Below, in pieces: positions 1 through 10,404 of a DNA stretch of 64,000 nucleotides. The notes under the pieces are model-generated. The model was given only the letters and a program-made list of their open reading frames with translations, did not search any database and had not been told where the DNA came from. The DNA lies in assembly GCA_017541665.1 (NCBI GenBank), contig JAFXYP010000069.1:27945-91944 (forward strand), written 5' to 3'. The number at the start of each line of letters is the position of its first letter. The first letter of the stretch is position 1. This DNA is from Lentisphaeria bacterium (GTDB lineage Bacteria > Verrucomicrobiota > Lentisphaeria > Victivallales > UBA1829). The translations under genes were made by a program, and so were the position numbers.

Positions 1-107
1 CCCACGGCACCGTGATCCATGCGGTGAAGCAGGTCGAGGAGAATTCGCTGAAGGACGAGGACCTGAAACGCGTCCTGAACCAGCTTCAGCGGAAGCTCCG
101 CGGCTGA
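1..107 (+). CDS. dnaA: Chromosomal replication initiator DnaA, C-terminal fragment (partial, starts before window)
   Basis: Frame from nt 3 reads HGTVIHAVKQVEENSLKDEDLKRVLNQLQRKLRG*, matching the DnaA domain IV signature (DH-T-V-HA) at its usual C-terminal position. Confidence 0.75.
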   Translation, partial: HGTVIHAVKQVEENSLKDEDLKRVLNQLQRKLRG

Positions 108-193
108 CCTGCGGCGCATCGTCTTCCCGGTTCCGTCCGGCATACTTTTTCCCACTGCATAAAAACACTCTCAAAATCGGAAGGATTTTACCC

Positions 194-1033
194 ATGTCCG
201 AAAACTGTTCCGGTTCCTGTTCCACCTGCGCCTCCGCGGGCTCCTGCGGCGAACGCAAACCCTCCCGTCTCGACAAGATCAAACACAAGATCATGGTGCT
301 GTCCGGCAAGGGCGGCGTCGGCAAGAGCACGGTCGCGGCGTGCCTCGCGGTCGCACTGGCGCGCGAAGGCATGAAAGTCGCCCTGCTCGATGTTGATTTC
401 CACGGACCGAGCCAGCCGACGCTGTTCGGTGCGGCGGACCAGCGCATGGGCGGCACCGATGCCGGACTCCAGCCGATGTCCATCGCGGGCGTCAAGCTCG
501 TGTCCATCGGGTTCCTGCTCGAAAACCCGGATGACGCGGTCATCCTGCGCGGCCCGGCGAAGATCGGACTGCTCGGGCAGCTCTTCGAAGAAGTGGACTG
601 GGGCGACGACCTGGACTACCTCATCCTCGACTTCCCGCCCGGAACCGGCGACGAATCGCTTTCCGCCTGCCAGATGATCCAGGGCGACAAGGCCGCGATC
701 GTGGTCACCACCCCGCAGGAAGTCTCCCTGGCGGACTGCCGCAAATGCATCAGCTTCTGCAACCGCCTGGACGTCCGCATCCTCGGCATCGTGGAGAACA
801 TGAGCGCCTACGTCTGCCCGGACTGCTCCGCGAAGCATGCGCTCTTCTCCTCCGGCGGCGGCGAAAAGCTCGCCGATCAGGAAGGTCTCGCACTTCTGGC
901 GCAGATCCCGCTCGATCCGAAATTCCTGGCCGCCTGCGACGCCGGACGCCTCCCGCAGGGCTTCCTGGACTCCGAACCGGTTTCCTCCGAAGTCGCCGGC
1001 ATCACGAAGGCCGCGCTGGCGATGAACAGCTGA
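194..1033 (+). CDS. mrp: Mrp/NBP35 (ApbC) Fe-S cluster carrier ATPase
   Basis: Cys-rich N-terminus, SGKGGVGKST, DVDFHGPS, DFPPGTGD, GIVENMS and CxxC motifs. Confidence 0.92.
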   Translation: MSENCSGSCSTCASAGSCGERKPSRLDKIKHKIMVLSGKGGVGKSTVAACLAVALAREGMKVALLDVDFHGPSQPTLFGAADQRMGGTDAGLQPMSIAGVKLVSIGFLLENPDDAVILRGPAKIGLLGQLFEEVDWGDDLDYLILDFPPGTGDESLSACQMIQGDKAAIVVTTPQEVSLADCRKCISFCNRLDVRILGIVENMSAYVCPDCSAKHALFSSGGGEKLADQEGLALLAQIPLDPKFLAACDAGRLPQGFLDSEPVSSEVAGITKAALAMNS

Positions 1034-1339
1034 CGCGTTTCCGCGGTCCCGCTGCCGGAGGGGCAAAGCTTTTTGCTCGGACCGGCAGCGCCGCCTGTGC
1101 TTTTTTCATGCGGATGCACCGGTGCCCGGCCTTTTTTCACCGGCCTTTTTCCCGCATGTCCGGCGTCCCCGGAAAAACGCCCGGAATACGCCAAAAACGC
1201 CCTGAAACGCTTTAAAAGGGCGGTAAAAGGCAAAAAAAATGCGGGTTTTTCGCGATACCGGCTTGCATTTTCATGGAATTGAGGATATTTTATCCCGTTA
1301 TCGGAATACACACCAATCTTTTATAGAAAGGCAAAAACT

Positions 1340-1795
1340 ATGAAACCGGAATTCGTAAAGTACCTCCAGCAGGACTCCATCCTGATCGTGGACGGCGAGA
1401 CGAAAAAGAAAGTGCTTGACGCCATTATCGCCCATGCCACCAGCCGCTGCACTCTGGACGAAGACCAGATCCGCGAAGCGATCTGGAAGCGTGAACGCAT
1501 GATGACCACCGGCGTCGGAAAGGGACTCGCTCTTCCTCATATCCGCATCAGCGGTTTCCCGTCCCCGCTCGTGATCGTGGCCGTCTGCCGTGAAGCGGTC
1601 AAGGACTACAAGACGCTCGACGAAGAACCCGTGACGCTCGCCGTCTTCTTTGCCGCGGACGAACGCGACCCCGAAGCTTATCTGAAGCTCCTGGGCAGCA
1701 TCTCCTCCCGCCTCAAAGAGGACAATGTCATCGCCAATATCCATGCGGCCGGCGATGACCGCAAGAAAATCTACGACATCCTCGCCGCGGAGTGA
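1340..1795 (+). CDS. PTS IIA domain protein (Fru/Mtl/Ntr, PtsN-like)
   Basis: RERMMTTGVGKGLALPH phospho-His motif; D-EPV-L-F segment. Confidence 0.88.
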   Translation: MKPEFVKYLQQDSILIVDGETKKKVLDAIIAHATSRCTLDEDQIREAIWKRERMMTTGVGKGLALPHIRISGFPSPLVIVAVCREAVKDYKTLDEEPVTLAVFFAADERDPEAYLKLLGSISSRLKEDNVIANIHAAGDDRKKIYDILAAE

Positions 1796-2011
1796 CCGCC
1801 CCGGACCGGATTTCCGGTTCGAAAACGGTCATTTCGACGGATTCTTTTCAGGCTCCTTGCGCGTTTCGGGGCGTTTGCCCGGTTCGCCGCCGGACGGTTT
1901 CCCCGGGTCCGGCGGTGACGTCGTTCTCCGGGCGCCGGATTTGCGGTCCGGTCCGAAACCGTGCGGGAGACAACAGCCGGAGCGATCCGGCAAGCAGGAA
2001 AACAGGTCATT

Positions 2012-2674
2012 ATGGGCAGAAAACATTTATTCAGTCTGATTGAAATCGCGGTGGCTCTGGCCGTCGCGGCGATCGGTGTGGCCTCCATCATGGCGCTCCT
2101 GCCGATTGCCGTCAAGGCAACCTCCGATTCCGTCGGCGACACGCTCGCCGCCGATGTCGCCAATACCGTGATCGCCCAGCTCGACAGGATCGTCTGGGAG
2201 GAAGGTGGTTTTGAATATTTACGGAAGAATACGGATTTTCCCGAAAACAAGCCGACCAGCGCATTTGGTACTACCGTAGTCGACGGTTATCTCAAGCAGT
2301 TCGGCGAAAAGAGTACCGAGGATTCCTACCTGATCCTGCCGAAAGACGGCCTCAAAAAAGGACATTTCGTGTTCATGTTCGGTCCGAAGTCGGGCGCGCC
2401 CGATTTCTCTGCGGAAGTGTACTGCTGGAGGGATTCTTCCAGCTCCAATCTGCCGTTGACCCGGAGAAACGGGGATACGGGGGAGGTCGGAAAGATCAAT
2501 TCGCATACTATCAACCATAATGGATATTCGCCGCTTGTCCGCATTTACGTCGAGATCACCTGGCCGCTTACCAAGAAATACGGGACCAGTTCGAACCGCA
2601 GATATGTACGCCAGTCCCGCACGTTCGTCCGCGAGTATGTCGACCCGACCTACTACAAGGGTGTGGAGAACTGA
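2012..2674 (+). CDS. Type IV minor pilin, PilV-like (Verru_Chthon cassette protein B-like)
   Basis: N-terminus MGRKHL-FSLIEIAVALAVAAIGVASIMALLP; C-terminal V-VEITWP; ATG at 2012 chosen next to the pilin motif. Confidence 0.75.
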   Translation: MGRKHLFSLIEIAVALAVAAIGVASIMALLPIAVKATSDSVGDTLAADVANTVIAQLDRIVWEEGGFEYLRKNTDFPENKPTSAFGTTVVDGYLKQFGEKSTEDSYLILPKDGLKKGHFVFMFGPKSGAPDFSAEVYCWRDSSSSNLPLTRRNGDTGEVGKINSHTINHNGYSPLVRIYVEITWPLTKKYGTSSNRRYVRQSRTFVREYVDPTYYKGVEN

Positions 2675-2686
2675 GGAGGATTTCCG

Positions 2687-3352
2687 ATGAAAAAGCCTTT
2701 TACCCTGATTGAAATCCTGGTCGCGATGAGCATCCTGTCCGTCTTCCTGCTCGGGCTGATGCAGTTCTATTCCACCACCGAAAGCGTGCTGAGTTCCGGC
2801 GTCGACCGCTCGGAGATGTTCGAACGCGCCCGCGTCGCCATGGACATGATGGCGAACGACCTCACGTGCATCTATTATTCGCAGAGCGAGGGAGCCCAGG
2901 CGTTCCGGAGCAGCTCCGCCGGCAGCGACAACGGCTATTTCGAGGCGGTTACGGTCCGTCCGGAGAAACTGAACCCGGATGCGAAGACCTCCATCGTGGC
3001 GGTCAAGTATGAAGTGGGATCGTCGTCCGGCGGCGGAAACAGCCTTTATTATTCCTATGATTCCAAAGGCGACAACTTCAGCGTGTCCGGCGCATCGTTC
3101 GGCAACAAGACCGAACTCGTCGAAGGTGTGACCCGTTTCAGTGTCAGGACGATCAGCGAAGGAAACTCCCTGCCCGCGCTCGTCGTCATCCGGCTGGAGC
3201 TCCTCGATTCCAAGTCCCTGAAGCGAATCAAAGCAAATTCCGCCCTGAAGGATACCATTACCAAGAATCCGGCAAACGTGCGCGAGTTCCGCCGCATGAT
3301 CGTCATCGACCGCGGCCAGCCGAAACCGCCGGCATCGAAAACGGGGTCATGA
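2687..3352 (+). CDS. Type IV minor pilin, PilW/GspJ-like (Verru_Chthon cassette protein C-like)
   Basis: MKKP-FTLIEILVAMSILSV; AR-AMD-MA-DL helix; LP-LV-IRLELLD; GAGGAGG RBS. Confidence 0.78.
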   Translation: MKKPFTLIEILVAMSILSVFLLGLMQFYSTTESVLSSGVDRSEMFERARVAMDMMANDLTCIYYSQSEGAQAFRSSSAGSDNGYFEAVTVRPEKLNPDAKTSIVAVKYEVGSSSGGGNSLYYSYDSKGDNFSVSGASFGNKTELVEGVTRFSVRTISEGNSLPALVVIRLELLDSKSLKRIKANSALKDTITKNPANVREFRRMIVIDRGQPKPPASKTGS

Positions 3353-3373
3353 CCGGAAAGGAGCTGCTGAACG

Positions 3374-6301
3374 ATGAAAACGCATAAAAAGAATGAAATG
3401 ATACGGATGCTGAAACGGTCCGTCCGCGCACGCCGCGAACACGGGCTTGCGCTCCTCTTTACGCTCTGCATCCTTTCCATGGCGCTCATCACTGCCATGA
3501 TCTTCTCGTCGAACTCGTCGACCGACCGCAAGGTCGCCAGCGCCTATGTCGACACCTCCGCGGCCCGGATCCTCGCCGACGGCGTCGTCAACCGCGCCAT
3601 CCTGTCCCTGCTCCAGTCCGACAACGCCGCCTATGTCTGCTCCAACTACGGGACCGCCAAGCCGAAGAACTTCGACGCGAACGAATACGCCTCCGACTGG
3701 ATCTGGAAACTGGAGAAGGACGGCATCTTCTCCTTCGACGCAGGCCCGCTCCGTTTCAACAGCTCCGTCTACTACGACCCCAACGACGCCCGCTGCCCGT
3801 CCTGGGAATATGTGTTCGGCCCGGTCTACGGCGACCCGGACAACGAACATATCCTCGGCCGCTACGCCTATGTTGCCATCGGACAGAACGACCAGCTGAA
3901 CCCGAACGCTCTCGGCAGGCGCGACTATCCCGATTTCGACCTCACGAGATTCCAGAAGCGTCTCGGACGCTGGACCTGCGAGCCGGAGTTCATCTTCAAG
4001 AGCACCCGGAACAACTGGGACTACACCGCCAATTCCCCCCAGAGGGGCGCACCGGTCATCTCCCGGGAGACCATCCGCAGCAAGTATTCCTCCCCCGGCT
4101 GGGAAGATATAGACGTCTTCTTCACCGATATCGCCGGGAATTCCGGCGAGGACAACCAGCAGCTCAAGATGATGATCGACCAGTATTTCGACGCCACCGT
4201 GCAGGGCGAATACAACCGGTACCGCCTCGACGGAAAGCCGTCCGGCGACCTCACGAAATACAATGACGTTCCGAGCGAGGAGCACTACCGCTTCCCGCTG
4301 ATCCGCACCGACTGGGATTCCATCCGCCATCAAACGGTGAAGGATGCGATCCCGTGGTTCCAGAACTCTTCGGAGGGCAATGTGGACCAGGTCGTCGCCA
4401 ACCTCATCAACTTCAACGCGTCCGCCAGCCGCCCGCCCGTGGACGACGGGCAGAGCTGGTTTACCGGCGAACCTAAATTCACCGGCAACAAGCGCACCCC
4501 GTACATCAACGAAGTGCTGGCCGAGGTCTCCGTCAGCGGCTACCTCGGAATGCGCAAGATGGAACGTTACCTGAAACCCGAGGGGGATTCCCAGGTCCCG
4601 AAATGGCGCCTGTGGTACCAGGGATGCACGTATTCGCCCGAGATTACGATCAGCGTCGAGACCGTGAACATGTATCCTTCCAGCGGCGAAAACGCCGCGA
4701 TCTCCGTCCGGAATCCCATCCTGATCGGCGAGGTCAGCTTCGATTACTGGAATGACAACGGCGACATGCCCGGATTCTGGGCCACGGAGACTCTCCGGTT
4801 CGACGCCAACAACCAGCCGTGGACCGATGATGTCCGCCCCATCCCCGGCGACGATGCCGGCTATATGAAATACATTTATTTCCTTGATGGTGATGCGCTC
4901 GGGAACATGACCACGCGGAAACGCGATGACTACGATATGCCCATCGGGCACGAAGCCGATTTCATGCCGTATGTCAGGGTCAAGAACGTCAGGGTCAAGG
5001 TCGACCGCGTTGTCCTGCTGGATAATTCCGGGCGGAATGCCGACCTCTCCCTGATGCCGATGCCGCTTTCGGGCAGCGGGATCGTTTTTGAACAGTCCGG
5101 CGATCCTTCTGAAAACGCCGGCATAGGCGTCGCAGGCGCCGGCGACGACCTCAAGAAATATTGTGTCGATACGCAGGCGAACGATCCGCGCCAGAACCTC
5201 AGCCGCAACGACTGGAGCACCCCGTTGTACGGAACCACCGCCAAGTCGGACATCGGAAAGAAAAACGGAGTCGGGATCAAGGTCGGCACCTATCATGACA
5301 CCGAGCAGAATAACAATAATCCCAACCCCGCCTACGTCAACGACTCCACGCATATCTCCACGGCATACATCCGGCATGCGCCGATGCAGTCCCTGTGGGA
5401 GCTCGGCGCCATCCACCGCGGCGCTCCGTGGCAGACGATCAACCTGAAATGCGGATCCAAGAACGGCGTCGCGATGGGCAGCTACGAAACCGGCGACGGC
5501 CATCTGCTGGACCAGGTCGCGCTCGCCCGCAGCACGGAGAAGGCCGACGATGCCGTGGTCGGCATGATCAACCTGAACTGCGTGGCGACGTTCGGCGGCG
5601 GCAAGGCCCCGTTCTCATTCAAGTCCCTGTTTACCAATTTCCCCGTCTACCAGACCTTCGAGAATATGAACAAGTCCGGCCGCAGCGGGGCCGTCTACAC
5701 GATCCGCGGCGACTCCGTCGATTCCGACAAGACCGGCACGACGGATGCCGACCTTTATGCCAAGGAGCTTTCCGAGGCTGTCACCTATGCGCTTTCGAAC
5801 GGGTATTACCTGCGCCGCACGGCGGTCTTCCCCACCATGGAGCATGCCCAGATGGAGCACATCATCCCGCTGGGGAACAATGTGCCGGATGCGCAGTCCG
5901 AAGAGATCTTCGCCCGCGTGGTCAATCTGCTGAAGTGGAACCGCCAGCCGGTCAAACGCGCGACCGTGCTGGTGCTCGCGCAGACCATTCAGGACGTCGG
6001 CGGCGATGTTCCCCTTGAGAAGACCGAGCCGAGCAACTCCAACGTCCGCCTGCGCGATGCCGGGTTCATGGCTTTCAGCTCCACGAGCAAGAGGGTCCTC
6101 GGTCCGAACTCCGGCAATTCGCCCCCGACGATCAAGTTCGCGCGGACCTCGCCTTCGGACAGAGTAAAATTCCGATATTACGAACCCCTTTTCGACCAGA
6201 TCACGGGCGAGGCGAAGCTCATCGTCCGCCTGGAATGGGACGATTCGGCCTACGATAACCACGGAGCATGGAAAGTAACGAGGAAAGAATATGCGGAATA
6301 A
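3374..6301 (+). CDS. Large PilX/GspK-like protein (Verru_Chthon cassette protein A-like)
   Basis: G-LALLFTLCILS N-terminal motif with A-ILA--V; GRYAY; ELGAIHRG-PWQTINL; GMINLN; V-AQTI. Confidence 0.7.
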   Translation: MKTHKKNEMIRMLKRSVRARREHGLALLFTLCILSMALITAMIFSSNSSTDRKVASAYVDTSAARILADGVVNRAILSLLQSDNAAYVCSNYGTAKPKNFDANEYASDWIWKLEKDGIFSFDAGPLRFNSSVYYDPNDARCPSWEYVFGPVYGDPDNEHILGRYAYVAIGQNDQLNPNALGRRDYPDFDLTRFQKRLGRWTCEPEFIFKSTRNNWDYTANSPQRGAPVISRETIRSKYSSPGWEDIDVFFTDIAGNSGEDNQQLKMMIDQYFDATVQGEYNRYRLDGKPSGDLTKYNDVPSEEHYRFPLIRTDWDSIRHQTVKDAIPWFQNSSEGNVDQVVANLINFNASASRPPVDDGQSWFTGEPKFTGNKRTPYINEVLAEVSVSGYLGMRKMERYLKPEGDSQVPKWRLWYQGCTYSPEITISVETVNMYPSSGENAAISVRNPILIGEVSFDYWNDNGDMPGFWATETLRFDANNQPWTDDVRPIPGDDAGYMKYIYFLDGDALGNMTTRKRDDYDMPIGHEADFMPYVRVKNVRVKVDRVVLLDNSGRNADLSLMPMPLSGSGIVFEQSGDPSENAGIGVAGAGDDLKKYCVDTQANDPRQNLSRNDWSTPLYGTTAKSDIGKKNGVGIKVGTYHDTEQNNNNPNPAYVNDSTHISTAYIRHAPMQSLWELGAIHRGAPWQTINLKCGSKNGVAMGSYETGDGHLLDQVALARSTEKADDAVVGMINLNCVATFGGGKAPFSFKSLFTNFPVYQTFENMNKSGRSGAVYTIRGDSVDSDKTGTTDADLYAKELSEAVTYALSNGYYLRRTAVFPTMEHAQMEHIIPLGNNVPDAQSEEIFARVVNLLKWNRQPVKRATVLVLAQTIQDVGGDVPLEKTEPSNSNVRLRDAGFMAFSSTSKRVLGPNSGNSPPTIKFARTSPSDRVKFRYYEPLFDQITGEAKLIVRLEWDDSAYDNHGAWKVTRKEYAE

Positions 6302-7028
6302 TCATTTCATCAAAACACAGATCGTGCTGGCCGCCCTGGTCGCGACTGTGATCGCGCCGATCAGCGTATTCGCCCAGCAGAGAACCGCCGCCCGGACCGC
6401 CGCGTCCATCAAGGACAGTGACATTTACGTCCCGGACAAAGTCCTGGAACCCTCCCTCACCAGGAAGGAAGCCTCCGATCTCCTGAAGGACTACATCGCC
6501 GCGTTCGGCGACTCGGACATGCCGAAGTCCTATGCCGCCTTCGCCAGGGAGCCCGAGAAGTACAAACGCATCGGGAGCCGCCAGCTCAAGTCGTGCCTGG
6601 GCAACCTCTTCAACTACATCTTCGACACCACCATCAAGCCGGACAGCTCCGGCCGCAACGCGGTCAACCCCGAACTCATGGAGGTGACCGAGGCCACCGA
6701 CGCATGGTTCCGGGCGCTCTACAACAAGGCGCTCGAACTGAACGACCCCGCCGCCATGATGGACAAGGCCATCCGCACGCAGAACGCCAACCTGTACACG
6801 CAGGCGAAGAAGGCCTACGACGATAAGGTCGAGGAGCTGAACAAGTTCGCCAAGAAACCGGAACGCCTCGACGCCGCGGCGCTCAAAAGGCTTGCGGAGA
6901 CAAACAGGGCCAGGCGCAAAAAGGAATACATCGCCCTGCGCAAACAGCAGATCATCGAGGAGGAAGCCGCCGCGAAACAGGCTCTCGACGAGGAACTGAA
7001 AAAGGCCGCTTCCTCCAAAAACAAATAA
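6291..7028 (+). CDS. Secreted helical hypothetical protein
   Basis: Sec signal ending VFA-QQ; overlaps the upstream stop; host-like codon usage. Confidence 0.7.
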   Translation: MRNNHFIKTQIVLAALVATVIAPISVFAQQRTAARTAASIKDSDIYVPDKVLEPSLTRKEASDLLKDYIAAFGDSDMPKSYAAFAREPEKYKRIGSRQLKSCLGNLFNYIFDTTIKPDSSGRNAVNPELMEVTEATDAWFRALYNKALELNDPAAMMDKAIRTQNANLYTQAKKAYDDKVEELNKFAKKPERLDAAALKRLAETNRARRKKEYIALRKQQIIEEEAAAKQALDEELKKAASSKNK

Positions 7029-7052
7029 CCCCATCCCACCGGGAGACACGAT

Positions 7053-7685
7053 ATGAGAAAACATGCAGCCAGGCCGTTTACGCTGATCGAACTGATCGTG
7101 GTCATGGGAGTGATGATCCTCATCGCCGCGATCGCGGTTCCCGCGTACAGTTCGCTTTTCTCGGGCCGCAAGACCACGCTCGCCGCAAATAAGCTGAACG
7201 GCGCGGTCATGGAGGCGCGCGCCCACGCCGTGACCTCCAAGCAGTACAGCGCGCTGATCTTCGGGAAGGAAGGGAACGGCTACACGAATTTCCGCCTGGC
7301 CGAGGTCTATTACAGCCCCAGCAAAAACACTTACGCCTGGCGCCGCTGGGTCCCGGGCGCTTCCATCGTGCTCCTCCCCGAGAACACCATGATCCCCACG
7401 GGAAATGAAAACCTCGGCACGACTGCCAAGGGCGTGTCCGGGACCATGGGGTCGGCCGACCTGCCGGAAGTCACCCTGTCCACCAATTCCGGCATGTCCG
7501 AATCCGAAGCTCCCGCCATCGTGTTCAAGCCGAACGGCCAGCTGGCCGGGACGCGGGAAAAGAACGTGGTGGTGCGGTTCGTGGAGACCAACCGGTACGA
7601 GGCGAACAGAAGCGTGACACCGAAACTCCCGCTGAACATCAACTGGCTGACCTGCAAGACCAAGTTCCTGGACCCCGTGCAGTGA
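7053..7685 (+). CDS. Type IV minor pilin, FimT/GspH-like (Verru_Chthon cassette protein D-like)
   Basis: RP-FTLIELIVVMGVMILIAAIAVP; EARAHAV; IVF-PNG motif. Confidence 0.78.
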   Translation: MRKHAARPFTLIELIVVMGVMILIAAIAVPAYSSLFSGRKTTLAANKLNGAVMEARAHAVTSKQYSALIFGKEGNGYTNFRLAEVYYSPSKNTYAWRRWVPGASIVLLPENTMIPTGNENLGTTAKGVSGTMGSADLPEVTLSTNSGMSESEAPAIVFKPNGQLAGTREKNVVVRFVETNRYEANRSVTPKLPLNINWLTCKTKFLDPVQ

Positions 7686-7712
7686 CCCCATATCTCCGGA
7701 GATAGACACAGT

Positions 7713-10007
7713 ATGCGTTTTCAATGTTCATCCTGCGGCAGGATCGTAGCTGTCGACGACGTTGACGCCGGCATCATGGTGCAGTGCGGCCACTGCGGCA
7801 GCGTGGTGCAGGTCCCCCCGACGCGCCTTTCCCGCGGCTCCGTGATCGCGGATTTCATCATCCGCCGCGCCATCGGGCAGGGCGGAATGGGCACGGTGTA
7901 CCTGTCCCACCAGATCACGCTCGACCGGCCCGCCGCGCTGAAGATCCTGGCGGAATCCTACGCGAACAACGCCGAATTCGTGGCGCTCTTCATCAAGGAG
8001 GCCCGTGCCGCCGCCAAGCTGAACCATCCGCATATCGTCCAGGCCTATGCCGTGGGCGAGGACGACGGACTGCTGTATTTCGCCATGGAGAACATCGACG
8101 GCGAGACCATGAAGGACGTGCTGGATCGCGAGGGCGCGATCCCCGTGGACCAGGCGCTGAACGTGATCCAGCAGATCGCCGAGGCGCTGAACTACGCCTG
8201 GATCGAACAGAAACTCATCCACTGCGACATCAAGCCCGACAACATCATGCTCACTTCCACCGGACGCGCCAAGCTCGCCGACCTCGGTCTCGCACGCGTG
8301 ACCGGAGACATGAGCGATTCGGACGACGACGAAGTCATGGGCACGCCGCAGTATATCAGCCCCGAAGCCCTCACCGGAGCCCCGATGGATACCCGCAGCG
8401 ATATCTACAGCCTCGGCGCCACGTTCTACCAGTTCGTGACCGGACGCCTGGCATTCGACGGCGCCACCGCCGCCGAGATCGCGAAGAAGCACCTCACCGA
8501 GCCGCTGATCCCGCCGCGTTCCGTGAACAAAGATATCCCGGAGAGCGTTTCCCGCATCATCATGAAGATGATGGCGAAGAACCCCTCCATGCGTTATCAG
8601 GACGCTTCCGAGCTCATCGACGACCTCCGCAACGCACGCCGCGGCAAGCTCGCCGGCCCGGCCACCGATTCCGAAATCCTTGCCGGCGGCGCGAAACAGG
8701 CTGCACGTGTGGCGCGCCCGGTCGGCGGCGGGACGGTCCTCGCTTCCGGCGCGGATCATCAGAACGACCGCGCACGCAATATCTATAACCTGAAAAAACG
8801 CCAGCAGGACGAGGCCCGCAAGACGAGGATCGTGGTTATGATCGCATGCCTCGTGCTCCTTGTTTCCCTCGTTGCGGCGGGCATCCTCTTCTATTTCAAC
8901 AACGCCAAGGCGCGCGAGGAACGCGCCCGCAAGGAGGCCGCCGAGGCTGCCGAACGCGAACTCCAGCGCGACACCCCGATGACGCTGGAAGTCGACGAGA
9001 TCCTGGCGTTTTCCCGCGCGAATCCCTCGGACAAGCGCGGCCTGCTTGAGAAGTGCGAGGCTTTCATCGCCAAGAACTACCAGCCCTCGAAACCTAAAGA
9101 GGACCAGGCGCTGATGACGTTCCGCGCAGTCTTCCAGGAGGTCGACGAAAGCATGATGGCGTCCACGCGCGACCTGGAGGCCAGAAAACTCCGTAAGCTG
9201 ATCGCCCAGCGCAGGGACGACGCCGAGGCCGCCGAGGAGGCGCGCCGCCGTGCGCAGCAGGCCGCCGAGGATAAGCGCAAGGCCGACGAATACGCCCAGC
9301 AGGCCGATCAGCTCCGCAAGGAGCAGAGCGCCCGCACCGCCATGGAGCTTGCCGAACGCCTGGTTACGGACAAGGAGTATTTCGCGGGGCACATGATCGA
9401 GCAGACCCGCCACGACCATCTGGACCGCGCGGAAAAGGATTACGCCGACTGGTTCCAGACTCTCGACCGCCATGCGCAGGATTCCGACGAGGCCGTCGCC
9501 GAGGTCGCACGCCCGTACCGCGACTGGGCACGGATCGTGCTCGACAATATTGCAGGCGCGAAGGCCATCCGCGAGAACACTTACAACGGCAATACCATCC
9601 TCGCCGAAACCCAGGTCGGCTACGGCCCGTCCGGCATCTGCCGCGTGAAGTCCATCAACAACGGCGTCGTGAAGGCTGTCATGGTCGACGGCAAACAGTT
9701 CCAGTTCAATTTCGACGACCTTCCGCTCAAGCAGCGCCTGGTGCTCCTGAAGAAGGGCGCGGGTGAGGCCGGGCATTCCGACGCGCTGTATTTCTATCTG
9801 CTTCTCTACGGCGATTTCGCCGGCGCGAAGGAGATCGTCGCGGACGACGACAACGCGAAGGAGATCGCCAACTACATTCTCGCCAGCTATTTCAAATACG
9901 TGGTCAAGAACTCCGATGAGAAGACGCTCGAGGAACTCAAGGCCAAATACGGCACGATGCGCGAATTCCGTAACGCCATGTCCACGTACAAGCAGAACAA
10001 TCCCTGA
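7713..10007 (+). CDS. Hanks-type Ser/Thr protein kinase with N-terminal zinc ribbon, one TM helix and C-terminal extracytoplasmic coiled region
   Basis: CxxC...CxxC; IGQGGMGTVY, ALKIL, HCDIKPDN, DLGLA, GTPQYISPE, SDIYSLG; hydrophobic segment IVVMIACLVLLVSLVAAGILFYF. Confidence 0.92.
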   Translation: MRFQCSSCGRIVAVDDVDAGIMVQCGHCGSVVQVPPTRLSRGSVIADFIIRRAIGQGGMGTVYLSHQITLDRPAALKILAESYANNAEFVALFIKEARAAAKLNHPHIVQAYAVGEDDGLLYFAMENIDGETMKDVLDREGAIPVDQALNVIQQIAEALNYAWIEQKLIHCDIKPDNIMLTSTGRAKLADLGLARVTGDMSDSDDDEVMGTPQYISPEALTGAPMDTRSDIYSLGATFYQFVTGRLAFDGATAAEIAKKHLTEPLIPPRSVNKDIPESVSRIIMKMMAKNPSMRYQDASELIDDLRNARRGKLAGPATDSEILAGGAKQAARVARPVGGGTVLASGADHQNDRARNIYNLKKRQQDEARKTRIVVMIACLVLLVSLVAAGILFYFNNAKAREERARKEAAEAAERELQRDTPMTLEVDEILAFSRANPSDKRGLLEKCEAFIAKNYQPSKPKEDQALMTFRAVFQEVDESMMASTRDLEARKLRKLIAQRRDDAEAAEEARRRAQQAAEDKRKADEYAQQADQLRKEQSARTAMELAERLVTDKEYFAGHMIEQTRHDHLDRAEKDYADWFQTLDRHAQDSDEAVAEVARPYRDWARIVLDNIAGAKAIRENTYNGNTILAETQVGYGPSGICRVKSINNGVVKAVMVDGKQFQFNFDDLPLKQRLVLLKKGAGEAGHSDALYFYLLLYGDFAGAKEIVADDDNAKEIANYILASYFKYVVKNSDEKTLEELKAKYGTMREFRNAMSTYKQNNP

Positions 10008-10031
10008 AACGACTTGGGGAGCAACGATACC

Positions 10032-10397
10032 ATGAAGATCACAGAAGACATTGTCAAAGCGCTGCACGCCTGCATCGCGGACGGGTATGACTCCGTCACC
10101 GATTTCGCAAACTGCGCCAACGTCAGCGCGAACACCATTTCCAAGTACATGCGGCGCGAGACCGAGGTCATGCAGAAGGATACCTGGGAGAAGCTCCAGC
10201 CGCTCCTCACGGCCTACCTGCCCAAGGACGGCGACAAGGTCAAGTACGAGATCGAGATGACCGCCGACCAGAAGATTCTGCTGGATGCGTTCGACAGCCT
10301 GCCGCCGGACGTCCAGAGCCAGAAGCTCATGGAGATCATCCAGCTCGCCAAAAAGCATCTGGCCGCCGTCGAGGCTGCGAAAAACGCCGCCGAATGA
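10032..10397 (+). CDS. Small XRE-like HTH protein
   Basis: SVTDFANCANVSANTISKY HTH-like segment; ATG at 10032. Confidence 0.6.
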   Translation: MKITEDIVKALHACIADGYDSVTDFANCANVSANTISKYMRRETEVMQKDTWEKLQPLLTAYLPKDGDKVKYEIEMTADQKILLDAFDSLPPDVQSQKLMEIIQLAKKHLAAVEAAKNAAE

Positions 10398-10404
10398 TCG
10401 TTTG

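Noticed and set aside
108-1339. oriC downstream of dnaA
   Set aside because: No consensus DnaA boxes seen in the intergenic gaps at 108-193 or 1034-1339
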